A stretch of DNA of 49,209 bases from Macrostomum lignano (lineage: Eukaryota). The notes beneath the pieces are model-generated. The model did no database searches. It had not been told where the DNA came from and saw only the letters and a list, made by a program, of their open reading frames with translations. The DNA lies in the NCBI GenBank assembly GCA_002269645.1, contig NIVC01002877.1:83292-132500 (forward strand), given 5' to 3'. A program made the position numbers and the translations under genes. Shown here one piece after another: positions 11,347-34,184 of this stretch (the first letter of the stretch is position 1; every line of letters begins with the position of its first letter).

Positions 11347-11672
11347 GGGGTTGTAGCCTAGTGGTTAGAGAGTCGGACTCACGACTTGAAGGTCGGGGGT
11401 TCGATTCCCGATCCCACTGGAACAATTTGTGTCCTTGAGCAAGACACTTAACTCTGCATTGCTCCAGTTCACCCAGCTGTAAAATGGGAGCCAGCATTAG
11501 CTGGGGTAATTGAGGGTGTGTGGCGACCCCCCAGTCCTTGGTCTGAACAGCCGTACGCAGCCTTCAGATGCGCCGCGCAATAGCTGCGGCTGAGCTGTCG
11601 GTTGCACATCTGGCCCAATCGGGGCAGTTGTAATCAATTATTATGATTATTAATTATTATTATTATCATTAT
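11347..11672 (+). mobile_element. tRNA-derived SINE with CORE-like domain and (TTA)n tail
   Basis: A box TAGCCTAGTGG and B box GGTTCGATTCC, then GTGTCCTTGAGCAAGACACTTAAC...CTGTAAAATGGG resembling the MIR/CORE consensus; ATT-repeat tail at about 11637-11672. Confidence 0.8.
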
Positions 11673-11754
11673 ACTCTGCGCTCTTGCAAGCTTTTCGCGC
11701 CACACCCGATACGAACTCTAACAGTGTGTAATTTTAAATTCATCTCGACGTCAT

Positions 11755-13574
11755 CTATAGCTTGGCGCCGCCGTCTAGCCGGGCCAGGCCGAGCTCTACT
11801 GCCTCCGCGGCGGTGCCCCAGCTGAGCGCCACGCCGTGCCCGCCGTGCCCGTAGCAGTGGACGGCGTAGCCCTCGGCGGCCACCCGAATGCCGCCGTGTC
11901 GGGCCGGCCGGAGGCCAACAAAATCCGGCTGCGACGTCGACGTTGCGCCAGTCGCGCCAGGCCGCCCGTCGGAGTCGGCAAACGCGGCGGCCAAGCCGGG
12001 CAGCAGGCGGACGGCCCGGGTTCGAATGTCAGCAGCATCAGACTCCCTGGCCGTCAGGCAATAATCGCCAGCCTGACGGACGCCGCCAACCGTGGCCAGG
12101 TCACCCGGGGCAGCGCTGGGATAGGCGTAGGTCGAGTCCGGCCCGTAGAAGCCCCGCTTTAGCCAGGGGGCTCGAACCCGGGCCACCTGGCCGCGGACCG
12201 GATGTACGGCCGGGTCGCCTCCGGCTAGTCGGCCGGCCTCTAAACCGGCGCAGTTGAACACCAGGTCGGCGCCGGCGCCCGCCTCTTCGAGACTGGCGAC
12301 TCGGCGGCGCTCGATGCGGCCGCCTGCACAATGGGATCAGGTCCCCAATCAGCTTAGTCTCCCAAACTGAATTACTGGCTAGCTTGAGATTAACAACTGC
12401 GGTTTTGACTTTGGATTAAAGATAAGTAGGCTAATCTCCTGAACTGAGGATTAGCAACTGTAAATGGAGATTAGGGATCAGTGGCCTAATCTCCTGAACT
12501 GAGGATTAGCAACTGTAAATGGAGATTAGGGATCAGTAGCCTAATCTCCTGAACTGAGGATTAGCAACTGGAAATGAAGATTAGGGATCAGTAGCCTAAT
12601 CTCCTGAACTGAGGATTAGCAACTGGAAATGAAGATTAGGGATCAGTAGCCTAATCTCCTGAACTGAGGATTAGCAACTGAAATGGAGATTAGGGATCAG
12701 TAGCCTAATCCCCTGAACTGAGGATTAGCAACTGTAAATGAAGATTAGGGATTAGTAGCCTAATCTCCTGAACTGAGGATTAGCAACTGTAATGGAGATT
12801 AGGGATCAGTAGCCTAATCCCCTGAACTGAGGATTAGCAACTGTAAATGAAGATTAGGGATCAGTAGCCTAATCTCCTGAACTGAGGATTAGCAACTGTA
12901 ATGGAGATTAGGGATCAGTAGCCTAATCTCCTGAACTGAGGATTAGCAACTGGAAATGGAGATTAGGGATCAGTAGCCTAATCCTCAGATCTGCCAATCC
13001 TTGACTGCAGATTGCAGGGCTCAAACACCAAGAACAAAGACTCACCAGCGGCCAAGAACTGATCCAGCAGCCAGGGCAGGTAGAGCCTGGGATCAGCCAG
13101 CACGCTGAGGCTCTCTATGCCGAAGCCCAGCCCGCCTGGCCAGTCGGGGAACTGCGTCAACAATTCCTCCGGAGTCAATTCGCGGCAACCGCCGGGCGCC
13201 ATATCAGAATAGGCGTAGCGTCGGCGCGGCGGCGGCTCCCGCGCCACCTGAACTATCGGCAGTGGCGCCACGCCGGCGCGCGGACCGGCCGGGCCAAAGG
13301 CCAATCGGCTTAAATGACGCAACGAGTCGCGGCACCAGCGCTCTGCTCTGTCCGGACTGTCCGGCGACAGCTCTTCGACGCTTTCAACTCGAAATGCGCC
13401 AGCCGCCACCCAGGATGTGGTGCCGGCGTTGAAGGCATCGGCTATTATCGTCACGGAGGAGCCTGGCGGAAGCGCCGACTGAGCCTGTAGGGCGACCGAG
13501 GCGCCAACCAGGCCGGCGCCGACAACGGCTACGCGAGCCGGCCGCCCCCATCGCTGCTGCTCTCTGGCGCTCAT
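11755..13574 (-). CDS. DDO: D-aspartate oxidase / D-amino-acid oxidase family flavoenzyme, 365 aa, 2 exons, C-terminal PTS1 (AKL)
   Basis: Exons 13574-13046 and 12323-11755 (phase 1, G|GTGAG..CAG|). FAD motif VAVVGAGLVG; also VFNCAGL, VRGQV, VGLRPAR and HCYGHGGHG; ends GAKL*. The DDO versus DAO assignment is tentative. Confidence 0.85.
12425..12984. repeat. Minisatellite, 55-bp unit with internal inverted repeat, about 10 copies (oxidase intron)
   Basis: Unit GTAGCCTAATCTCCTGAACTGAGGATTAGCAACTGTAAATGGAGATTAGGGATCA. Confidence 0.93.
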
Positions 13575-13611
13575 GAAAGTTCGCAGGAATGATGGATTCT
13601 TGATTACACAA

Positions 13612-14450
13612 TATGTGGTCCTTTTGGAGTCTTTATGGGGTCCTTTTTGAGTCTTTATGTGGTCCTTTTGGAGTATTTATGCGGTCCTTTTGTAGTCTTT
13701 ATGTGGTTCTTTTGGAGTCTTTTTGTGGTCTCTTTTTGAAGTCTTTATGTGGTCCTTTTCGAGTCTTTATGTGGTCCTTTTCGAGTCTTTATGTGGTCCT
13801 TTTGGAGTCTTTATGTAGACCTTTTTGAGTCTTTATGGGGTCCTTTTCGAGTCTTTATATGGTCCTTTTGTAGTCTTTATGTGGTTTATTTGGAGTCTTT
13901 TTGTGGTCTCTTTTTGAAGTCTTTGTGTGGTCCTTTTGGAGTGTTTATGTAGTACTTTTGAAGCCTTTGTGTGGTCCTTTTGGGGTCTTTAAGTAGCCTT
14001 TTTTGGAATTTTTATGCAGCCCTTTTGGAGTATTTATGGGGTCCTTTTAGAGTCTTTATGTGGTCCTTTTAGAGTATTTATGTGGTCCTTTTAGAGTATT
14101 TATGTGGTCCTTTTGGAGTCTTTATGGGGTCCTATTAGAGTCTTTATGTGGTCCTTTTAGAGTATTTATGTGGTCCTTTTAGAGTATTTATGTGGTCCTT
14201 TTGGAGTCTTTATGGGGTCCTTTTAGAGTCTTTATGTGGTCCTTTTAGAGTATTTATGTGGTCCTTTTAGAGTATTTATGTGGTCCGTTTGGAGTCTTTA
14301 TGGGGTCCCTTTTGGAGTCTTTTTGGGGGCTATTTTTGAAGTCTTTATGCGGTCCTTTTGGAGTCTTTATGTGGTCCTTTTGAAGTCTTTGTGTGGTCCT
14401 TTTGGAGTCTTTTTGTGGCCCATTGGATTCTATATGCGGTCTTTTGGATT
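13612..14450. repeat. Degenerate minisatellite, about 22-bp unit GTGGTCCTTTTGGAGTCTTTAT
   Basis: Directly visible array beginning about 38 bp upstream of the oxidase ATG. Confidence 0.9.
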
Positions 14451-15289
14451 CTCAAAGTTCTACCCTAAGCTCAATTGAATAAGATGAAAGCAGAAAAGTA
14501 GCCCAATTGAAAAGATTGTAACATATTTTCTCATATTGAAATCTGGCTTTAACAATTATTACAAAACAATACGAAGTAGAAAAGAAACAATAGCAGAGTA
14601 AGTAGTAGTATATAAGCGCATTGTTATTAATAATTATATATAGCTAACCATTATCGGGGCTTGCCATTGTGGCATACCAGGCAGATTAAAGCGACACTAA
14701 AAATTCAGTGAGTCACTTACTGTATATAACAGGCAGTAGTTATAACAGAATACGGCCAGAGACAAGCAAAAAAAGACCAATTAGAAAAAATCGTTTTAAA
14801 ATCGCATGCAAAAGCCACAACGAAATTTATTGAAGAGGAGGGGGCGGCAGATGGCCATACCAAAGAATATTTCGCTACCGTAGCACAACTGGAGCCGAAG
14901 TTATAAAACTTCAATAAATGAGTAATGAACATTTCATAGAATAACACAGAGATAAACTTGGCATTTATTTCAACAACTCTCGTTTCTGTCAATAAGCATG
15001 GATGCCGAATAGCAGGGTTCTTATTAACTGTGATATAAAAGGCTTTGATTTAGTAACTAAACTAGCACACTCTTGCCAGAGAGCGATGGTATGCATAAAA
15101 GTTTATTTTTCAATAATTCTAACCGATTATGTACTTACCTGCAGATTAGTGCTTTTTACAAGTAAAAAAATAAAGCAAAATAATCAAAATGGTGAATGGC
15201 TCATGATCACTGGGAAACGCTTTCTAATGATACTCGAATATTAATATAGCTTTGATTGTGTTAATAATACCAGCTGCCACTACTTTAAT

Positions 15290-15733
15290 ACTTCAGTAGA
15301 CACCGCTACCTACTACCTCAATCCTTCAGTAGACACCACTACCTACTGCCCCAATACTTCAGTAGACACCGCTACCTACTACCCTCAATCCTTCAGTAGA
15401 CACCGCTACCTACTACACTCAATCCTTCAGTAGACACCGCTACCTACTACCCCCAATCCTTTAGTAGACACCGCTACCTACTACCCCCAATCATTCAGTA
15501 GACACCGCTACCTACTACCCCCAATCCTTCAGTAGACACCGCTACCTACTACCCTCAATCCTTCAGTAGACACCGCTACCTACTACCCCAAACCTTCAGT
15601 AGACACCGCTACCTACTACCCTCAATCCTTCAGTAGACACCGCTACCTACTACCCTCAATCCTTCAGTAGACACCGCTACCTACTACCCTCAATCCTTCA
15701 GTAGACACCGCTACCTACTACCCCAAACCTTCA
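15290..15733. repeat. Minisatellite, 34-bp unit CCTTCAGTAGACACCGCTACCTACTACCCTCAAT, about 13 copies
   Basis: Directly visible tandem array. Confidence 0.93.
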
Positions 15734-16546
15734 GTAAGCACAGGCACTTAATATTTCAGCTAACCGATCATCCTTTATTTGGCTTGCAACTGAATGCTAA
15801 ACAGATAAAAACAAAATAAAAAACTAGCGCGAATTAAAAATAAAGACTCTACACAGAGACATTTTGTAAAACTGTTAAAAGTCACTGACAATATAAGTTA
15901 TAAAACTGGTTAAAGATATGGTAATAAACAGGCCGAAACTAGTTGAAGCCAGTAAAGACTACAAAACAATTAATTGAAAACAGCGATAACAGAAAGCAAA
16001 CAAATATTTTAATGGCAGTGTATTTAAAGCAGGCACAAAAATACACAGTTAGTCAGCATCTGCAATTTGAATATTGAATCAAGCAGAGCATGAACTCACT
16101 CCCCCCACTGCAGTCGGTTATTTAAAAAGCTAAAAATCCAGATAAACTGGTAAGCAATGACAGTAATAATCGCAATATATACTGATTAGATACAATTAAA
16201 ATAAGCAATCAATCTATTATTGTTTATATATTATATAATTTTTCCAACCCTAACGGACTCAAATTGTAGTGCTCAGCTTTATAGAAACCGATGTGAATCA
16301 TAAAAACTGCAGGTGTGAAACAGATAAATATTAGAGATAAATATCTGTTTAGCGAGCTCCGGCAGGCCAACGATGGTATTACAATATAGCATACAGGTTG
16401 CGATGACAAAAACAAACAATTCAATTAACAAGGCATTTCATTAGCATTATACTGAAGATTATATACGAAATTTATTTAAGGCGGGAAGCAACGAACAGAA
16501 CTCTTACAGCTTTGTAATTTATTTGTTTCCTTTTCAGGTGTGGTTG

Positions 16547-17660
16547 CATCTGGGAGGCTGGCCCGGCAACTGAGCATCTGGGAGGCTGGCCCGGCAACTG
16601 AGGATCTGGGAGGCTGGCCCGGCAACTGAGCATCTGGGAGGCTGGCCCAGCAACTGAGCATCTGGGAGGCTGGCCCGGCAACTGAGGATCTGGGAGGCTG
16701 GCCCAGCAACTGAGCATCTAAGAGGCTGGCCCAGCAACTGAGGATCTGGGAGGCTGGCCCAGCAACTGAGCATCTAAGAGGCTGGCCCAGCAACTGAGGA
16801 TCTGGGAGGCTGGCCCAGCAACTGAGCATCTGGAAGGCTGGCCCAGCAACTGAGGATCTGGGAGGCTGGCCCAGCAACTGAGCATCTGGGAGGCTGGCCC
16901 AGCAACTGAGGATCTGGGAGGCTGGCCCAGCAACTGAGCATCTAAGAGGCTGGCCCAGCAACTGAGGATCTGGGAGGCTGGCCCAGCAACTGACCATCTA
17001 AGAGGCTGGCCCAGCAACTGAGGATCTGGGAGGCTGGCCCGGCAACTGACCATCTGGGAGGCTGTCCCGGCAACTGAGCATCTGGGAGGCTGGCCCAGCA
17101 ACTGAGCATCTGGGAGGCTGGCCCGGCAACTGAGCATCTGGGAGGCTGGCCCGGCAACTGAGGATCTGGGAGGCTGGCCCGGCAACTGAGGATCTGGGAG
17201 GCTGGCCCAGCAACTGAGGATCTGGGAGGCTGGCCCGGCAACTGAGGATCTGGGAGGCTGGCCCGGCAACTGAGCATCTGGGAGGCTGGCCCAGCAACTG
17301 AGGATCTGGGAGGCTGGCCCAGCAACTGAGCATCTAAGAGGCTGGCCCAGCAACTGAGGATCTGGGAGGCTGGCCCAGCAACTGAGCATCTAAGAGGCTG
17401 GCCCAGCAACTGAGCATCTGGGAGGCTGGCCCAGCAACTGAGGATCTGGGAGGCTGGCCCAGCAACTGAGGATCTGGGAGGCTGGCCCAGCAACTGAGGA
17501 TCTGGGAGGCTGGCCCAGCAACTGAGCATCTGGGAGGCTGGCCCAGCAACTGAGCATCTGGAAGGCTGGCCCAGCAACTGAGCATCTAAGAGGCTGGCCC
17601 AGCAACTGAGCATCTGGGAGGCTGGCCCAGCAACTGAGGACCTAAGAGGCCGGCCCAGCA
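16547..17660. repeat. Minisatellite, 28-bp unit ATCTGGGAGGCTGGCCCAGCAACTGAGC, about 40 copies
   Basis: Directly visible tandem array downstream of the G-alpha stop codon. Confidence 0.95.
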
Positions 17661-17831
17661 AGTGTATGAGGGTCGGAAAAGAAGCCAATTGACTAAATAT
17701 TGAACTTCAGCCTCGCAAAAGCAGCAACGCACGCCTCTACAATGAAAACACAGGCGGAAATAGAGCGGGAAAAGTCAAAGCATTATTAGACTCTTTCGTG
17801 TTTGAAAATCGAACGATTTACATAAAAAAAT

Positions 17832-19370
<1,539 letters not shown>

Positions 19371-19585
19371 ATTTCGACTTTTTGTAGTTTTGAATTGTCT
19401 CTAGTCGACCTTTTAGTCAATTAAAAGCTCGTCAAAGTATTTGTCTTCTGTCAAAATTTTATATGCAGAATTATCAGCAAAGATGTCATACTAACAAGCC
19501 GAAACGGATCAACATGCATCAATTTTTATGAACATTTAAGTATTAGGCAGTTTAAATAAGAAAAATATTTACCTTTTTTTAAGTT

Positions 19586-20790
19586 AAGGAGCGGGTGGCC
19601 TACTGAAGGAGCGGGTGGCCTACTGAAGGAGCGGGTGGCCTACTGAAGGAGCGGGTGGCCTACTGAAGGAGCGGGTGGCCTACTGAAGGAGCGGGTGGCC
19701 TACTGAAGGAGCGGGTGGCCTACTGAAGGAGCGGGTGGCCTACTGAAGGAGCGGGTGGCCTACTGAAGGAGCGGGTGGCCTACTGAAGGAGCGGGTGGCC
19801 TACTGAAGGAGCGGGTGGCCTACTGAAGGAGCGGGTGGCCTACTGAAGGAGCGGGTGGCCTACTGAAGGAGCGGGTGGCCTACTGAAGGAGCGGGTGGCC
19901 TACTGAAGGAGCGGGTGGCCTACTGAAGGAGCGGGTGGCCTACTGAAGGAGCGGGTGGCCTACTGAAGGAGCGGGTGGCCTACTGAAGGAGCGGGTGGCC
20001 TACTGAAGGAGCGGGTGGCCTACTGAAGGAGCGGGTGGCCTACTGAAGGAGCGGGTGGCCTACTGAAGGAGCGGGTGGCCTACTGAAGGAGCGGGTGGCC
20101 TACTGAAGGAGCGGGTGGCCTACTGAAGGAGCGGGTGGCCTACTGAAGGAGCGGGTGGCCTACTGAAGGAGCGGGTGGCCTACTGAAGGAGCGGGTGGCC
20201 TACTGAAGGAGCGGGTGGCCTACTGAAGGAGCGGGTGGCCTACTGAAGGAGCGGGTGGCCTACTGAAGGAGCGGGTGGCCTACTGAAGGAGCGGGTGGCC
20301 TACTGAAGGAGCGGGTGGCCTACTGAAGGAGCGGGTGGCCTACTGAAGGAGCGGGTGGCCTACTGAAGGAGCGGGTGGCCTACTGAAGGAGCGGGTGGCC
20401 TACTGAAGGAGCGGGTGGCCTACTGAAGGAGCGGGTGGCCTACTGAAGGAGCGGGTGGCCTACTGAAGGAGCGGGTGGCCTACTGAAGGAGCGGGTGGCC
20501 TACTGAAGGAGCGGGTGGCCTACTGAAGGAGCGGGTGGCCTACTGAAGGAGCGGGTGGCCTACTGAAGGAGCGGGTGGCCTACTGAAGGAGCGGGTGGCC
20601 TACTGAAGGAGCGGGTGGCCTACTGAAGGAGCGGGTGGCCTACTGAAGGAGCGGGTGGCCTACTGAAGGAGCGGGTGGCCTACTGAAGGAGCGGGTGGCC
20701 TACTGAAGGAGCGGGTGGCCTACTGAAGGAGCGGGTGGCCTACTGAAGGAGCGGGTGGCCTACTGAAGGAGCGGGTGGCCTAATGAAGAG
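19586..20790. repeat. Essentially invariant minisatellite, 20-bp unit GAAGGAGCGGGTGGCCTACT, about 60 copies
   Basis: Identical 60-nt lines from 19621 to 20760. Confidence 0.98.
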
Positions 20791-21309
20791 CGGATAGAAA
20801 TAAAAAACTAGAAAATCCAAATCATTCCAAACCAGACAAATAGACAGAGAGCTTCAATGTAGCGTTTTATTTCCAACAATCGAACTTTTTCTAAAGTTCA
20901 AGCAAGCTAGACCGGGCGGGGGGCGCTTTGCTTGCGCAATTATTGAACTGTCAAACGCGCAATTATTTAGAGTTGTTCACAATTGTTGTTATCATGATCA
21001 ATGCATGCACGACAGTCTGCTATTAGTATTTAAGTGCGGCTTCTGAAGACAGCTAAAATCGGGGGGAGGGGGAGATAGATGGCCCAGGAGGGAGAATTCA
21101 GCTAATAAATATAAATGCCATAGCCATTTTGCGTAGCTCATGGAAATACGCAATTTGACTGAAAAGCATTCTTTAATAGACTACTTATATATGCTTAAAA
21201 GAGTAGTATAAAAAAACAGTGTGATTCAATCCCTCCTAGTCAGCTATCTCTCTCCTGCAAGCTATAGAAAAATGCATTAGTGCGTTTTTCAACACGAAGG
21301 GCAAAGCCG

Positions 21310-30525
<9,216 letters not shown>

Positions 30526-30922
30526 GTCCCTGTTGCAAATCTGAAGATATTTTCAAATATCCCAGTCTCTGGTTGTATTCTTGATATAAACCTGACAAAC
30601 ACTAAATTTTCTTGGAACTCCGATAGGAAAGTAGATTTTTTGAAAAAAAAATAGTGTTTTAAAAGAAAACGTTATTACGACAAATAAAGTTGTTTTTTTA
30701 TTTTTTGTAACTTACTGGTGCTAAAACTTTTAGCATTGTAAATAATTGCTTACCTGTTTGTTATACTTTGCTGTCACGATAAAATTTGCACTGCAAACAT
30801 GAGTGTGCATTTTTTATTATTATTTAACTAGCTTTACTAGGCGTTGCTCAGTAAAATAGCAAATCTTTTTGTGATTTTCAGTCAACTAACTGTTATTCGG
30901 ATACAAATTCTTGCTTTTAGCT
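30526..30922. promoter_or_regulatory. Probable bidirectional promoter between head-to-head GNL3 and DESI1
   Basis: Divergent start codons only 397 bp apart; a putative GNL3 5'UTR intron at 30753-30541 (CAG|GTAAGC..TTCAG|); an acceptor-like TTCTTGCTTTTAG lies 2 nt before the DESI1 ATG. Confidence 0.55.
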
Positions 30923-33900
30923 ATGACTGAAGTCAAACTCTACATCTACGATATTTCACAGGGCTTGGCAAAGTCTCTTTCGCCTATGTTTCTTGGTAAG
31001 TTAATCATGTAGTAGTTGAGATTGGAGTTGGGATTGGGATTGCCGATTGGGGTTAGGATTGGGATTGGGGTTGGGATTGTAGCTTAGTCTTCAGCTCAGT
31101 TTTAATCGTTTTGTGCATTTTTGTTAAAAGCACCAAATTTACATAACAATAATTGAATAAACCTATTTATTAAATGGAAAATTTTGGTTGTGCTGTTGTT
31201 GGGCTATTGCATTGAACAAAAAAGTTTCTTGACAGTGTGAGACTGAGTGAGTTCGATTCACTTAAAAAATACTTAATCGCTAAAAATGGACACTTTCTAT
31301 GAAAAAATGATATTTATTTAAGTCACTGAACAATATAAAATAATAAACATGTTATCTAATATATTATAAATATAAATAACTTCAATCATTTTATACTAGC
31401 TATGCTAGCATTTTTGCTAGCAAATCAAATATAGCATAGAAGACAACTCATTTTTAGTATATAGGATCTATTCTATCACTATTGTTAGCTAGTTATAACT
31501 TGATTAAGATGCTGCTAAAAGTTCAAGTTCAAGGGTGCCAGGGTGGCAGAGCCTAATATTTTAGGGGGGGGCACAGGTCTTTTATAAGCTACTAATTAGG
31601 GCCTAAAATTAGAAAAAGCTGTAAAAGCACTAAAAATTACCTTGTGGACTCATTTTCTAGGGGTGGCACATGTCCCCAATGCCACAAGCTCCTGCTGCCC
31701 ATGGACTATTTTGAAACTTTAGACATATTAAAAGTAGGCTAGTATATTACAATAAAATAAATTTATGCATCTGTAAGATTAACAATTAATAATTATAATA
31801 AATCTTAAAATGTATTAATAGCTATATATGCCACTTGTCTTTAAGTACAAAAGAAGTTGATTGAACCTAAACAATTTTATCTACAATGCAAGTTATCTAT
31901 ATGCTTTCTTCTTGATAGGTAAACAAATTGATGGAATTTGGCACACATCAATTGTTGTCTTTGGCCACGAGTACTTCTTTGGAAGTGATGGAATTCAATT
32001 TTGTTCACCTGTAAGTATTTAATATTGATGTTTTTTATAAAGATAGAATTACTAAAATAACTAATAAAAAGCTCCAAAAGAAAATCTAGGAGAAAATCTA
32101 TATATATTTTCAAATCAAGTTTTGAATTAATTCTATTCTGGACTATATTAATTTAGGGCTTGTGTTCAACAAGTGGTTCCAAGGGGTTGTCAAATTATGC
32201 AACTCACACCCTCCAAAGGCCTGAAGATATCTGATGATTAGAGAAGTCAAAGGGCCACTATACACCCAGTGTATGTCTGCATATAATAAGGAGACAGAGG
32301 AATTTGCAGAACTCTTGATGTTGCCAAAGGCATTGCTCTAGGGTGCCCAGAATACTTAGAATATTATTATTACATAAGTGATTGCTTTTATACTACATTA
32401 ACTAACCATTATAATGTAATTCAGAGTGGTACAGTGCTTGGCGAGCCGTTGGAGGTGCACAACCTAGGCCGCACAGAGATGCCCAAGGAGGTGCTGGATG
32501 AGCTGCTAGCTGACCTGAGTCGGGACAGATTCCACGGCAGCCGGTACAATCTGCTGCGACACAACTGCAACAATTTCTCCGATGAGCTGGCCCAGTTTCT
32601 CACTGGCCAAGGCATTCCGGCGCGCATCACCGGCCTGCCTGCCGAAGTCTTGTCGACGCCATTCGGCGCCCAGCTGGAACAGATGCTCAGCTCGATGCAG
32701 ATGCAGCTGACTCACACCCAGGGCTATCACTATTCGAATTCCACTGCCGCTAATTCCGGGCCTACTACAGCTGGTGGCGGAGGCGCAGCTGGTTAGTGTG
32801 TTAAAGATTTTCGGACTTGAAAATCTCGGATTCAAACTCGGGACCTCACCTGTGTAATAAGTGACACAGTTAAAAAAAAAATTTTATGTTTATAGAAGTT
32901 AAAAAATATGATTTGCACTCTTTGTATTGAGCATGGTTCTTTTCTATTTACATTTTTTCTGAAAGTGCGATCCCTCATCATGTACAGGTACTACTAATAT
33001 ACTCGGCCTATCAATTTTTCCTACTAATAGTAGCATGCTAATAATTAATCCGCTTTTTATTTAGGCCCCGGCAGTGGTAGCGGACAGGTGCCACAGTCGC
33101 AGACTCAGCCGCAGTCGCAGCTTCCAAGCCCCATCAAATTTGCTAATCCGCCAGCCGACTTTGCCGACGACACCGGACCTGACGATGTCGCCGACAGCGG
33201 CGAAGACGCCGAGCTTTGCTGGCTCGACGCTTTAAACGAAGCGGAAATTTGCGCCGATTCCAGTCGGCGCCTCACGTCGCTTCTCCGACGCACAGCGACG
33301 TCTGGTGATTCCAGCCGGCCGAGTCCGCTCGCTGCGCCTGCGGCCGCTGATCGCTTCGTGTCGACGCTCGAACAGCTGCTGGCCAGGTCAGATCGGCAGC
33401 CCGCTTTTGCCGAACTGGCCGGCCGGGTGGCTGTCAACTCGGCCAGCGACTTGCTTGCCGGCGGCGTTTCGGCCGATCGACTGGCTAACTGTGCCCGCCG
33501 ACTGCTGGCCTCGGGTGGCCGGGCCGGACTGCCTGAAGTGGGCGGGGCATTGGCGCTTAACTTGCTTCTGCTGCGGCCGGTGAGCAATTGGGGGTGTAGC
33601 ATTGATCCCTGAGGAGTTAGGGTGTAGCATTAATCCCTAAAAGAGTTATACTTTTAGTATTAATCCCAGAGGAATTAGAGGGTGTAACATTTCCTGGAGA
33701 GCTGTAGCGGTGCTGCTTGTATAGATAGGCTCAAGAATACAATATCTTTAAACCTGCAAACCCGACCGATCCTGCCGCAATATCGCTCCCGCCATTTCAG
33801 GGCAACGAGTCCCTTGCTTTCGACCTCGGCTGCCTCCTGACCGACCGTTTGCAGGCGATGGCCGCCTCCGGCGCTTCGGAGGCCGCCCAGCTGACGTTGG

Positions 33901-34046
33901 CGCGGGCTTTGTGCGCTGCGGCGCGTAACGCCGATCAACTGGCGCCACTAGCGGCTATTCAAGGACTGAGCTTGGACAAACTGGCCGGCCTGTGTCCGCA
34001 CGTGGCCAGATTGAATCAGGCCGTTGTACGGGCTAAGGCTAATTAA
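30923..34046 (+). CDS. DESI1: DESI1 (PPPDE peptidase / desumoylating isopeptidase) with long C-terminal extension, 430 aa, 5 exons
   Basis: Exons 30923-30995, 31919-32010, 32425-32791, 33065-33579, 33801-34046 sum to 1293 nt. [21 protein letters not shown] (catalytic His), [12 protein letters not shown] (catalytic Cys) and [11 protein letters not shown]. Confidence 0.9.
32205..32280 (+). mobile_element. Short fragment of the same SINE family in DESI1 intron 2
   Basis: CTGATGATTAGAGAAGTCAAAGGGCCACTATACACCC closely matches CTGACGATTAGAAAGTCAAAGGGCCACTGTACACCC at about 6791-6827. Confidence 0.55.
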
Positions 34047-34184
34047 CAAAATGCAGAGTTTTATTGTAAATTAAGTTAAAGAGTTTAGCGTTTTGTTTAA
34101 AAGCTTTGGAATTCATTTGTTGTTATGAAAATAAACAACACTTAAATATAGGTTCGGATAATATAGATTACAGGTGTTTGGACA

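Noticed and set aside
11347-11416. tRNA-Val(CAC) gene
   Set aside because: D, anticodon and T stems pair poorly and the sequence continues into a SINE body and tail; the head at 2315-2380 is rejected likewise.
19586-20790. CRISPR-like array
   Set aside because: Units are directly adjacent with no unique spacers, no cas genes are present and the context is eukaryotic; the same applies to all other arrays.
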